From assembly GCA_040285855.1 (NCBI GenBank), contig JAUFOQ010000004.1:2108001-2172000 (forward strand): a DNA stretch of 64,000 nt, read 5' to 3'. Shown here piece by piece: positions 26,217 through 39,513 of the stretch. Position numbers and translations under genes: made by a program. Below the pieces are notes generated by a model that did not search any database, was not told where the DNA came from, and worked only from the letters and a program-made list of their open reading frames with translations. Source of the stretch: Eukaryota sp. GEM-RC1 (Eukaryota). How positions within the stretch are numbered: the first letter of the stretch is position 1; each line of letters starts with the position of its first letter.

Positions 26217-26595
26217 CTAGAAGTGATAGGAAACAAGCAAATGGGGGAGTAAAGTTCAACTCAAATGGCTTCAACTGACATCGCAGATATCAATTAGGAC
26301 ATCAAGGATATCTGAAACAATAATACTCGGACTCAATAGTGGAAATCCAATCAGAGTAACTGTTACAAACACGTTAGGTTGCACCAGACGTGACTTTGCT
26401 ACGACTGAATACGTATAAAGACACATAATCAAATACAAAATCAATAATATTCACCAATAAAGAATGATGCATGCTCTATAGTTAACAAACATTAGTTGCT
26501 GACGTGATACAGAATATCAACTTTTGCATCATTGATTTAAAGAGAAAATCAATACTTTCCTCACCCTTTACTTCTTCAGTTCTTAACTTAAGTTA

Positions 26596-27990
26596 ATGCC
26601 TCGTGAAATTATTACTCTTCAGATTGGTCAATGTGGAAACCAAAGTTTGTCTTTCTCACCCTAATTGACTCTAGTTGGGTCTGAATTTTGGAAACACCTT
26701 GCAGCAGAACATGGAATAACACCTGATGGTCTTACATCCAACCAAACAGCAGAACACAGCAATGCAGGTGACCGAAAAGATGTCTTCTTCTACCAAGCAG
26801 ACGACGACCACTACATCCCTCGAGCTCTCCTACTAGATTTAGAACCTCGAGTCATACACAACATCCAAAACTCTGACTGGGGTTCCTTCTACAACCCTGA
26901 GAACATCTTCTGCTCTGCAGACGGAGGAGGTGCAGGTAACAACTGGGCCCAAGGTTTTGAACAAGCAGAAGGACTTTCAGAAGAAGTTCTTGACATAATT
27001 GATAGAGAAGCCGAGAACTCAGACTCTCTAGAGGGCTTCAAGCTCTTCCACTCCATTGCTGGTGGTACTGGCTCTGGTATGGGTTCTTACATCCTAGAAG
27101 GCCTTGCAGACCGCTATCCCAAGAACCTCGTCTCCACATATTCCGTCTTCCCCAACCTCGAAAGCTCAGTTGGTGGGTCTGACGTCGTCGTTCAACCATA
27201 CAACTCCATCCTCACGCTTAAACGTCTAATCCAGAACTCTGACTTTAGTGTTATTCTGGATAACACCGCTTTGAACAGAATTGCCGTAGAACGGTTGAAG
27301 ATCCACAATCCTGGTATCACTGAGACTAACTCTATCGTTGCCACTGTCATCGCCGCCGCTACTTCCACGCTACGCCTTCCAGGTTTCCTCAACAATGATT
27401 TCCTATCTCTAGTTGCTAATCTAGTACCAACTCCAAGATGTCATTTCATTATGGCTGGTTATACTCCACTTGGAGCCAATCTAAACATATCTAATGTACG
27501 CAAGACTACTGTAACTGACGTGATGAGACGTTTGTTACAACCAAAGAACTTTTTAATTTCTCAACAAATGAAGAAAGGATATTTCTCGTCAATAGTCAAT
27601 ATTATTCAAGGTGATTTTGACCCGACAGAAATCCAAAAGTCGTTGCAGCGAATCAGAGAACGGAAACTTGCTCCTTTCATTCCATGGGGACCAGCTAATT
27701 TCCAAGTGATTTTGGGTAAGAAAAGTCCGTTTGTTGAGCGTTCTAATAGAGTTTCCGGACTCATGTTGGCGAATCATACTTCTATACGAGGTATATTTGA
27801 AAAGATTACTAAACAATTCGATAAGTTGTACTCTAGAAAGGCTTATTTGAATCATTTTGAGTCTAAAGAAGGTGAGTTTGATGTGGCTAGACAGGAAGTA
27901 GCTGATCTTATTAGTGAGTATGTTGCTTCTGAAGGTGTTGATTATGTTAACTTTACCCCTGGGTATGAAGAGGAATTAATGGAAAAGTAA
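26596..27990 (+). CDS. TUBG: Gamma-tubulin, 30-nt intron 26645-26674
   Basis: [79 protein letters not shown]. Confidence 0.98.
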
Positions 27991-29069
27991 TGTGTATTTT
28001 TAGTGTGAAATAAATTAAAATATTAACCTTTTAAACCTATTTTTTTATGTCATAAATTATCCGTTTATATTCTATATGTTTGGCGTTTTGTTTTGAATGA
28101 TGGTTTTGCTTTTAGCTTGAGTTTCTTGAGTAGACTTCACTTCCAAATGATTACTGCTATCATAATGACCAGCAAAGCTGTTAAATAGACTGAAATAGAT
28201 ACAATACTAGTATGTGGAATTTCAAATTCAAAACGGGAAATTAAAACAACTGAAAATACAAATAACGCATATGTGTTAAAATCACTTACTTCCTTACATG
28301 ATTGATATAGAATCTATACAGTAGTGATTTGTTTTTGTCCCTTTCATCAAACATAACAGTAATCTATAGTGAATATTCAAAAGTTCTTTTTTTTCTCTTG
28401 TCGCTAATTGAAGAGATAGTTTGATTGTGAGGAATATTTGGGAGTGGGATCGACTCAACCAAATGAAATTCCATAAAAGAACATTCTCAAAGAAGTACAT
28501 ATGAACATAAATGTAGTGTTAATAAATTAACATGTTATTAATTTGACACGTAGTTGAAACATCATCTTGTGAAGAAAATTTCGTGTAAGAAAATCTGTGA
28601 GTATCAATCTGAAACTTGTAGGTTACGATTCGTAACTATTCACTCCAACATTTTAATGTTTTTGAAGTGCCCTGGAAACAATTCAGACTTCAGATGATGA
28701 AGAAAGGTTTGTCATGTTATGAGTTTGGTCATTTCATTGTATTTTAAATTTTATTCTTCAATAACAACATGCAAAATTTGATCAGACACAGGAAAGGACA
28801 TCAGTAACTCTTGGTAACTGGGTAAGGTGGATTGAGAAATTGACAAAGTATCTTGCAAATTTGAAATTTGGTTACAATAACATACCGCATTTTCTTGGTA
28901 TTGTTTCAGCTGATAGGCTCAGTGATGTTTCATTCTCAAGTTGCACGGTATTCTAATTGTTAAAGAGAAATGACGTCTTACTGATGAATTAAATGTGTGT
29001 GTGTGTGTTTGAGAAGAACAGAGAGATATCAATACGTCAATGAATCTTTGTTTTCAAATATGTTTATAC

Positions 29070-29275
29070 AAAAAACGGGGTTTATGATCAATCAGTGAAA
29101 TAAATGCATTTGCAGAAGTTAATAACTAACATACACTCACTAAAGCATCTAAACTATGATCCTTCTGTCCATCACCGAACAACTTACCGAAAAATTGAAT
29201 TAAAATATCTATGCATTGAACGAAACAACGCAAACGTTAACCTACTCTACAAAAAAATTTTCATTGAAAACTTAA
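29070..29275 (-). mobile_element. 5'-truncated copy of CRE-like family A
   Basis: Reverse complement aligns to about 1300-1503, including the CCCCG-T6 end. Confidence 0.85.
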
Positions 29276-29369
29276 CTTTGTTTAAACTGATGCTGATCAA
29301 CATTATACGCTGTATCACAAAACTAAAATTTTAAATATCACTTATATATTTATGAATTTGTTTTAGAGT

Positions 29370-32300
29370 TTATATAAACTGATATAGATAAAAAACAGAA
29401 ACTAGGGAACTAAGTCCAAGAGTAATTCGTTCCAAAGAAGTAGAAATACAGTAAAGGGAAACCAGAACAACAGTCTGAATAATAAAATAGACCGAACTAG
29501 GAAATAATTCTGAAAACAAAGTACTACTATAACCCAAAAGAGAAAAGAAATAAGGTTGAGTTCGTTGAATAAATATAACGAAAACTATAAATAAGAAGTG
29601 AATAAAAGCAAAAACAAATGATAAAAAGGGTTGTTTTTGAATGTAAAATTGAGTCAATAAGAATCCAAAAGGTAATTAACAGAAATCAAAGCAGCTCCAG
29701 TGAAGAAGGCGCTATGAAAAATATTGAATGTTTTGAATTTGAAATAATTACTTAAACAAAATCTTGAAGCAAATGAGAGAGAAGCAACACATAATATTAA
29801 CAATATCATTGATTTTTTTAAATAAAACAGAGCAGAAATATACTCAAAGAAGATTATACAAATAGACACTCTTTGGTAAATGAAGACAGTAATAGAAAAC
29901 AAAAAAATACTTAAAATATTTGAGTAATTGGGATGTTGCTTCAAAATTTGAGAGGAACGGAAAAACGACAATGATGACGTGGACAATCGAAAAGCTTGAG
30001 ATATTACTTTTGATTGAAGATATCCCATTGAGAATCTGTCTGTAACAAATAGCAGTAAAGCAAAAAATACCAAGAAAAGGATCTTGATCAATAAATGCTC
30101 TTTCCCAATACAGTAAATTCTACTGAAAACAGCATCTTCATTACAGTATTGACACAAATCTCCACAGGCATGACGTGATGTGCAAGAATTTTCTTGACAA
30201 TTGAACCAAAAACACATTCATCTATTTCCCAAGTATCAGTATTTAATCTAAAACCAGGTTGAATTCCAGTCAAATTTCCATATCCACATTCAGCTAAATG
30301 AGGACAAGGTAAACAAGAATCAACAGAATCTAGAGTGTTTAAAGGACAAACACAATGGTCAAGATCACTGGAACCTTTTTGAAGAGTAACTCTAGGAAAA
30401 GGACAAGATCTACATTCTGTATTGAATTCTAAATTTGAATAATAATTTAAAGGACATTCAACACATTCACCAAGAAAATTAAATTCCATTCCTGTTGGAC
30501 AGAAACATCGACGTCCAGAAATCAATTTAGGAAACTGACAATCATTTGTGATTAGATTCAGGTTAATTGACTGAGAGAAATAGGAAAGAGTGATCACTAT
30601 CGGTTCAAGTGGCGGTCCAATTATTTCCAACCTAGTTTCATCAAGAATATGCAACATTGTTGTAGAAGAGTCAACGAAAATAATTAAATCTGAAATCATG
30701 GCATTTTTTGAATTATTCATAAATTGATGTTGAGTTATCAAGCTAGCAGAAAGGTTCAAAATAGTACAAGCATTGTCCAAAGTAAATTGATGGTCACAAC
30801 TGTTGATATTAAAGTCACTTATTTCGAATATTTGATTAAAATTTTGAACAATGGTTCCATTCCATTGAAATTGACTTTGAGTAAAAGAAATCCAGACAGA
30901 ATGTTCTCCTAGATTGACCATATTCGAAAAAGTGCAAATTACTGAATTATTTAAAAAATCAAAATCCGAGAATTCAAATGACGATGAATGTACTGACAAC
31001 ATTCCATCACAGTCAACAATAAAATTCAAAGGATCAACGCAAACAATTGGAATTGAAATATTTAAATGTTGCGGATTTAATTCGACTATTTGAGCTTCAA
31101 AAATTACAAATGATGCTGATGAAGCAGTCAAAACAGTTGGATAACTAACAGTAGAATAATAACAATGACGAGAATACAACCCAGTGGGAAAAGTTAGAAG
31201 TGATGATGACCAAAAGTTGACTCGTCAACCACGGCTTGTTTGAATTCTGAAATTGAATAAAATGATTGAGAATTATACCTCAAATGAACATCTTCATCAA
31301 TTACTTCACCTAATGAAGTAACGCCTTTTCCAAAAGAAAAAGGTTTAAAACAAGTATTAGATTTGTAACCATAAAACTCAGATCTTCTAGAGCTATTAGA
31401 GTAATCTCAGAAGTTTTCGGTAATATATGATCTATTTCACACATTGATGCAAATGAATAACCACTGGGAATTTGTTTACAAGAAATGAAAGAGAAAAGAG
31501 TTTGATTGTTGATTATCAATTTAAAAGGAAGGTCAGAAACAATACCTTCACAAGTAGAATTTGTCGTAATTGTAACGTAATGAATATCGAACTGTGATTG
31601 AAAAAGGAACAAAACTGTTTCATTTTCCGTGATTAATTCTGCACAATGAGATACATCAACACTACAGCACCTTGATCCATCAAATATTAAATTTGTATCG
31701 ACATTTGAAATAATTTCTGAGGAATTTATCAAAGGATGATGGAAGAATGAAATGAAACAAATTTCCTCCAAAAAGGCTTCCCCCGAAATTTCAAAAGAAT
31801 TCAAGAAAAATTGGTCATAGTAAACGTCAACAAACACGTGTTGTTGAAAAGTAGGGATTCTGACATTCTTACAAACCAAGTAATTATCAACAATTTGACC
31901 AAAGAAGTTTTGATTATCAATAGAACAAGTCAAATTTGAAGTAAGATTTCCTTGGAAGTCAACAGAAATATCACGATGTTCAAAAACACTAACGTGATCG
32001 TTACTACTGAATTCAAAATTGAAGAATTTAATTTCACTAATGAAATGTTTTTCAAAGCCAGCTTGAGACCAAAACAGATTTTGAATATATTCATCTTCAA
32101 AAACTGGCAAAGAAGTAAGATTTAGTCTAAATCTGTAAACAAAGAAGGAATCAGAACTGGAGATGAGCTCAACATTAGAAGGTTCAATAATAAAATTATT
32201 GATGGAAAATGAAGAATGTAATTCAAAATGTGAGTAACTCTGAATTATGATGTAAGATTTCTCAGATGATGTCACAACATTTGGACTCACAAGGTCAAAT

Positions 32301-35272
32301 TTTGGAGGATTTTCGACTATTTTTGGTACTTGAAAATTGAAATTTGAATTATGAAAAAAAGCGAATACCTCAAGGTTAATCATTCTTAGCTCAATTCCAG
32401 TAAAAGAAACCCTTAGAGTTGAATTCTGAGTATAATCTAAGGACAAGTCACAACCATCAGAACAACTTATACCAAAATCATAATGAAATTGATTCAGATC
32501 AATCAAAATCGATTGAGGGTAATTAACCTCAATTACTTTTGCAATTTCTGAGTCAAACAAAGAAATAACAAAGCTAACGTTCATTGACTGGGAGAATCTG
32601 TGAAGAGTGAAAAAAGTAGAAAAAACTCTCAAATTTAAAATATTGGCACCATGATTGACTGAAATCCGTTGATTTCCATGAGAAATTAAGAGATCAGAAA
32701 TATCCCCAGATAAATAAAATTGAATGATAGAATTAAAACTAACAGTTGGTGGGAAAATTAAATAATTCGCAACTTCAACTGACAATTTGAGATGGAAATC
32801 ACTTAAAAAAGACGATCCAATCAAAGTACAATTTCCCACTGTGGATATCTCTCCATCAAAAATAAGAGACGATACGCCCAAATAGGAAAGCTTGGATTGA
32901 CAAGTGTCAAAGTGGAAACTATTTTGAATTATTGAGAAATTGTAAGAAGATATTCCCTCAACTTCAACAACAATTTCAGTAGTACTAGACTCATTTAACC
33001 ATTGGAAATACTTTGGAGTAATATAAGACGGTTCAACAACAAAAGGCAAATTAAAAATAACAAAACATCCAAAATTGGCACAAATTTTTAAATCTTCTGG
33101 AACCCCTGAATTAAAGGAAATGAATGTAACAAAAGCAGAAGAAACAGTTGAACCAAAGTAGAGAAAATAAATACTATCAGGCACATTAGGTTCAAAAAGG
33201 TTTCAATAAACGAGAAAGTTTCCAAATAACTATACACTTCAATTTCACAAGCAATTCCAACAAAACAAACAAATTCAGTATTTCTAGCAACAAACGATGT
33301 TACTGGAATAGAAATTAAAAAATTGAAACCTTTAAAAAGTTCAACAAAGATTATAAATTCAGTTAATCCATATAATTCAGGTGTAGTAACAGTCATTTCA
33401 TGGTTATCGGAAATTTGAGAAGAAGCACCCCTAACAGAAAATTCCATAGTTGAATTTTAAAAACAATGAAGTGACTACAACTTCTTCTTCTAAGTAGAGA
33501 TCACTATGTATTAAGTAGAATAGAAATTGATTTGCAATAATGTGGGAGAATTGAGTGAAATATGCAGTAGAAAAACTCAAATTGAAACACTTGACATTTT
33601 CAAGAGAAGAATTCACCATGTTTAAAACAGAATTATATAACAAAATTTGACTAAGTGAAGCAGTCATTGATATTAGTTGTAGCTCAGAACTATCAAGAAC
33701 CAAAGATCCATTTCCCTTGAACCCCGGGGGTACCCCCAGGGACAATTTTTCATAAGCCGTTGTTGCATCTCTGTTACAAACGACCACAAGAAGAGGATCT
33801 TTGGAAAAGTGTGGAATTGCTCCAGGGAATCTAGCGTCAGAGGTAGAAGCTGTACGTCCTATCCGACCATGTTGATTTGAACCCCAAGTGAAAAGAGTTC
33901 CATCAGTGTCAATAGAAGCCGTATGGTCGTATGCCATTGAAACAGAAAGAACATGAGTTATACAAGCAATTTCGTACGGAGTTGATGAAGGATCTGTAGT
34001 TCCATCTCCTAAACTGCCTTCACTGTTTTCTCCCCAACTCCAGAGTTTTTGATCTTTGTCAATACCAACAGCTGAAGTGGAAGTGGTATGAATGAAGGTG
34101 AAACGAATGTCTAAGTTAAAAAGTTGAGGTTTAGTAGAACTGATATCAGAACCCCAAAGTCTTCCTCAAATAGCAGTAGAACCGTTCTTAAAAATCAAAT
34201 AACTAGATAATCCTGAAGCAACAAACTTAACTGGGGGAATATCTTTGATAAGTTGAGGACGATTAACATTCTCGTCATGACCCAAGCATAAACATCCTGC
34301 AGGATTATGCCCCCAAGAGTAAACGTCACCATTAGAAATTAAAGCAAAGAAGGAGTTTCTGGTTCCAGAAAGCTTGATGACGTCATCAATGTAATCATTA
34401 TGTACTGGAACAAATTGATTGACGGTCGAAACGGGATCTAACCCCAACTGATGATAGTCGTTTCGACCCCAGCAATAGAAAGTACCATCATCCATTAGAG
34501 CAAAACTAGAGTGTTCACCAGCAATGACTTGAAAAGCTTTTGGAATATCAACTCTATTGAATTTATGTGCACTCATTGAACCACCACGACCACGTTGACC
34601 AAAAATATTACTACAACAACTGTAAACATCACCATTTGCAAGAAGAACCAACGAATGGCCACTTCCCAGAGTTACTTCACGAACAGAAAGTGGAAGCACG
34701 ACATGACTTGGACTGAAAACAGTGGTCGTCGACCCAGTTCCTAACTTTCCATCAGAGTTCCCACCCCAAACAAAAATCCTGGTATTCCCTGGAAGCTCAG
34801 GAGTACCATCAATGTTTGATTGTACATTGCTAATTCTTAGTGTACTTGAGTTATCCATTGAGAATACTCCATGTGGCCAAGAAATGTTGACGGTTACAAT
34901 CAAGATGTGAGAAAACAGAAAGAAGTCAAAGCCATCGAGTACAAGATAGCGTGTGGAAGTGTTTGAGAGAAAAGAAGAAGAATGACTCGTCAGGATACCT
35001 CCAAACATGGTGAAAGAGTTTAGCACTGTGATAGAAGCATTGTTAGTGAAAAGAAGAGTGACGTCATCAACAAGGGTAATATTAGTAATGGTGACGTCCT
35101 TATCGATGGTCACGGTGATAGGAGTAGAATGAAATGGGAATCGAACAGATGATGACTCAGACGGAGCCTGAAGAGCGATCCAATTTGCATCTGAGGATCA
35201 AATACCATCATCAGAAGCGAACCAAACTGAGAAGCAGGAACTTAAAGTCAAGAACAAAGAGATCAACAACAT
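29370..35272 (-). CDS. Giant surface protein: signal peptide, RCC1/BLIP-II repeats, long beta-rich stalk, Cys-rich (GCC2/GCC3-like) repeats, multi-pass TM C-terminus; frameshifted
   Basis: ATG 35272 MLLISLFLTLSSCFS. RCC1 repeats WGGNSDGKLGTG and WGRNDYHQLGL. CVECPLNYYS...CRSCP...CVCP. Hydrophobic ORFs 29654-30217 and 29370-29657. Confidence 0.75.
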
Positions 35273-36285
35273 CGATACTGATTGATGACGTGGAAGCAAA
35301 ACCTCCTCACAATGATCGTTTGGTTTACTCTACAAGTAGTCCATGTCTGTCTACGAAGTTACTCGTTATTGTGATGCCAAGAACCTTATCCACACTTGAA
35401 CCGCAACCAACATTAGGTGTTGATACTGGATTTCTCTTCTCTGACGTTGTTTGAATAGATGTATACAATGATTGCAGCTACAAAACAACTGTTTGTTGCA
35501 AATGATTCTCCTTTGGTCTCTTATATAACTTCAAGCCTATTTGATCCCAAAATTTTCATCAATGTTAAGCCTTCTCATGTTCTCATCATGTGGAAAGAAA
35601 GAAGAAATACGGTATTTGTTCTAGTTGTACCTTTGAAAAGAAAATATATATATCTAAAGCTAACTGTAAGAAACTCGAAGACGATCTGTAAATTATCGTG
35701 GTTTAGTACAGGTAACAACTCATACTGGGTACTGATGGATTCGGACAGAGATTGTTTGAGAATAGGATAATGGTGATGATGACATATCAACCAAAACATA
35801 AACAATTAGCTGTGTTCCAATATAGGTGATGTGAGGAAGACACAATCAAAAGTTGTCTTTTGCTTGCTACTGCAGGATCATAACAGTAGGATAACCATAA
35901 AACGATTCGTTGTATACAGATCATCAAAGACCTTAATTCCAAGATGTTGACTGATCATTGCATTAGGTCTAAGTAAGAACAAACACCGGGAAAATCAGCA
36001 GTGAGGAGGGAAATGTAAATTAGAGCTAGTTCTGGAACAAGTAGTAACTATACAAAGCCAGATGGAAGAGTAAAATCGATTCACTAGAAAAAAAAACAGG
36101 CACGGGAATTCTGACAGCTTGTACAAAATGACTAGAAAATCCTTTGAAGCGTTTATTTTACCACCATCACACTAACAACATCTTCTATTCTGTATGTTTC
36201 AGAGCCATACATGTGTTCTTGATACAACTTGCTTGGTTGGGAGTCATTTGAAGCCATTCCATTTTTCAATGTTCTTACTTCAGAC

Positions 36286-36896
36286 ATGCGAACCAAGAAA
36301 GTTACTGAAGGACCCAAACGCTCCAAATCTGGTTATCTCTTTTTCTCAGCGGACAAACGTGAGGGAAGTCAAACGCGATCACCCCGAAATGAAGTCTTCT
36401 CAAATTATGTCTGAGCTTGGCCGTCGTTGGGCTGCACTGTCAGAAGAAGACAAGCTCCCTTATCATAACCTCGCTGCTGAAGACAAGAGCAGATACGAAA
36501 AGGAAAAAGCTGAATTTGGTCCCATCCCATCAACCCGCAAAAGAGTCTCGAAAGACGCAAGTGCAGAGCCCAAGGCTAAACGTGCACCCTCTGCTTACAA
36601 CATCTTTATGAAGGAAAAACGTGCTGAAGTCAAGGAAGAAAAATCCCGAAATGTCTCAAAAGGAAATCATGACCGAAGTTGGCCGTCTCTGGAAAGAACT
36701 AACGGACGAAGACAAAGAGGAATTCAAGGAAAAAGCAGCTGCATTCAAACCTGAACCCAAAGAAACTGTCAAACCCGCTGTGAAGAAACGTCGTCTGCGA
36801 AAGGCTGTTGAATCAGAGGAAGAAGAATCAGAACCTGAAACACATGATATATCGGAAAAGGAAGAGCAATCTGAAGAGGAAGAAGATCAAGAATAA
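36286..36896 (+). CDS. Double HMG-box protein with acidic tail (HMGB-like), two frameshifts
   Basis: GPKRSKSGYLFFS...SELGRRWAALSEEDKLPY; KAKRAPSAYNIFMKEKR...EVGRLWKELTDEDKEEF; EEEEDQE tail. Confidence 0.85.
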
Positions 36897-37054
36897 TCGA
36901 TACCTAGTTTTTTAAATGTTTTGCATAAATGTATTTTTTTGTAATGTGTCTTGTTTCGATTAGACGCAAAATTTCCCAATTAAACACTTGCAACCCTTCT
37001 GGAAGCTCAGCGAAATTGCGATTGTTATCAAAGATAAAAAGAATCGTTTTCGAC

Positions 37055-37985
37055 CATACTTGGGTATCACACTTTGTTGCATTTTGTGATACCTGTGAAT
37101 CACACATATCACAACATCACATCACAGTGTGATATGTGTGATAATTGAGGTATATCACATGACAAATACAGACAATACTGATCTTACTCAATAGAACCTT
37201 ATATAAACAAACTTGAAGTATATTTTCTGCTAGATATGGAGGCTTTTGCATTATGGAACTCCATCGAGCCTCCTAATCATAGATTGTGATTGAGAAACAC
37301 AGTCAGTAGAATCCAGTAGTCGCAAATTGTTCAACTGATTTAAAGGAGACGTCTGTTGTTAATCAACATTAATTCCCACAGGTATACAGTCTATTGTAAA
37401 ATGATCCTCAATATAGCTATGGAAACACAAGATAAGTACAAAAACCCTTTAATGACTCTTAAACATGTGTAACGTGTTGAATGTGAAATATGTCCTTTGG
37501 ATGTATCAATTTACGATCGTTTAGGAAACAGTGGACTCAATTTTCTAAATGATGTTAAAAAGAGTCGTAAAAAGAGGATGAACAACCGTTTTGATCATAT
37601 GTTAGTACTAGTATATTGTATTCTGTTTGTAGAACAATTCACGGAATTGTTCTCTAAAGCTCTACTATCAGTGAGTTCCAATTTTGAGTAAATAACTGTG
37701 GTCATGTGACAAACAAGACAGAATGTAAATTTATCTCTTACATTCTTTCAGATTGAGTCATATAAATCGTTCGAAAATACACACACAATAGTAAGTATTG
37801 GTCGAGTTTAGTCTTCAATTCGAATATATCACCATATTTTGCGTATTTCGACCCCCACATGCACCACAAATATCACTCACAACTATCACAATTATCACTC
37901 ACAAATCAGTCTTTTTGTGATACCTGTGAATCACAAAAATCACTCACAAATATCACATCACAAAAAAGTGTGATACCCAAGTATG
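37055..37985. mobile_element. Non-autonomous hAT-like element, 931 bp, with an internal CRE-like remnant (~37400-37690)
   Basis: 21-bp TIR CATACTTGGGTATCACACTTT. 8-bp TSD TTTTCGAC at 37047-37054 and 37986-37993. Subterminal TCACA/TGTGA repeats. Confidence 0.92.
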
Positions 37986-38527
37986 TTTTCGACAGAACTA
38001 TTAGTAAATTAATGAGACAATTTCATATTCAGACATTAAATCGCTCCAGTGAAGAAGGATCCCCTGTGGAAAGTATAGATGGTTGTGAATCAGTAATATT
38101 TGTTTCAGCTAAACCGTGAAGCAAACGAGAGCAGTGAACGCTAACCCGTTGTTGCATTCTAAATTTTACGTGTTGGACCATGTTGCGTGTTAACGTTCAC
38201 TGAGTGAGGAAGCCCAATCACATAGTATTAGCCCCTTCATTGACTTGTCCAAATCTGAAACAAATCTGAAACTTTTTCTTCGCTCTAGTAGTACGTCTCC
38301 TCTACACTAAACACTTTGACAGCTTTTGAAAATACAAAATACAATGAAGTACGAGCTGTTAAACTACTTCTTACCAAATTCTGAACACAGATTTTCAAAA
38401 ATTCATAAACTCTATTTATACACTAGTAGAAGAACCAAAATTAAAATGATTTTTTTGTATAAATGAAGATGCCTGCAGATATGCTCATAGCGTATTCATC
38501 TATTTTAATAAGGTTTCTTCATTGTGC

Positions 38528-39461
38528 TTATCGAGAATGAATCATAACTTCATGTTCACAAGAATGCATGCTAACAAATGGATAATAGTGTCTACCCCTG
38601 ATTATAGGAAGTCTTCCTGACAATCGAATACTCTGGCTGTTCATTGTTTCCATTGTCATTGAGTACCTGATCATGTCCACTGTAATCTCTAGTAGTCGAG
38701 TCTCATTCCATGAAGATTTCCGACCTGACAGACACCCAAACGCATTACAGCCATGATTGTGGAAACAATGAGCTCGTGCGTGGACTTTGGCGTCAGTTTC
38801 AAAAGAACCTTCGTCAATGACACCTACCCACAATCCTCTGGATGGACCTCTAAACCCTAATTTCCAAGAATAGATGTTTCCAGGGAAAAGAGGCTGAGTA
38901 CCTAGGATGTTTCTGACATTGTTATCCTCGTCATCTCTATTTAAAACAGTCTTTGAACTATTACTGACATACAGTGCTGTAGACTTCTCCGTTCTAGAAA
39001 AAAGGATTTCTGAAGGCGTTTTCTGTGACTTTGCAGACTCAACTTGTACAAACAGCCTCTGAATTTGGATTCCGAGTGCAGCACTTGAAGACTTGACATC
39101 ATTCAACTGTGACTCCAAGTTCAGTATTTGCATCTATTAAAGAATGAACAACTGTAGCAGTCTCTGATTGTAGAGCATCAATATGCTGGGTTTGACGATG
39201 ATTCTCACATCTTAACTGACGAAGTACTTGATGAACTCCTAACAGAGACTCAGTATAATGGAATGTACCATTATTAAACGCCTCTACAACGCTAATCATT
39301 GCAAAGTTGGGCTTCCGCTCCGCCAAACATGAATTTCTACATATGGGGCACCTAGAAAGACGATGAGAACATAACTCACAGACTGTATACCCCTCAATAC
39401 ACACAATGAGTGGATGCTTAACAGAAAGGTCAAAGTGTTGCAGGCAAACGGGACAATCCAT
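38528..39461 (-). CDS. RING finger - coiled coil - SPRY/B30.2-like protein, one frameshift near 39130
   Basis: MDCPVC...CIEGYTVCELC...CPICR, then a SPRY-like segment (GNIYSWKL...LWVGVI...YYPFVSM). Confidence 0.8.
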
Positions 39462-39513
39462 TTCGGTTGTAATATTTAGAACAAAAACTCTGTTCACAAT
39501 GTTCCTACAATAA

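Noticed and set aside
33720..33741. GC-rich palindrome GGGGGTACCCCC
   Set aside because: Coding sequence (LGVPPG) with a counterpart in the paralog near 61895.
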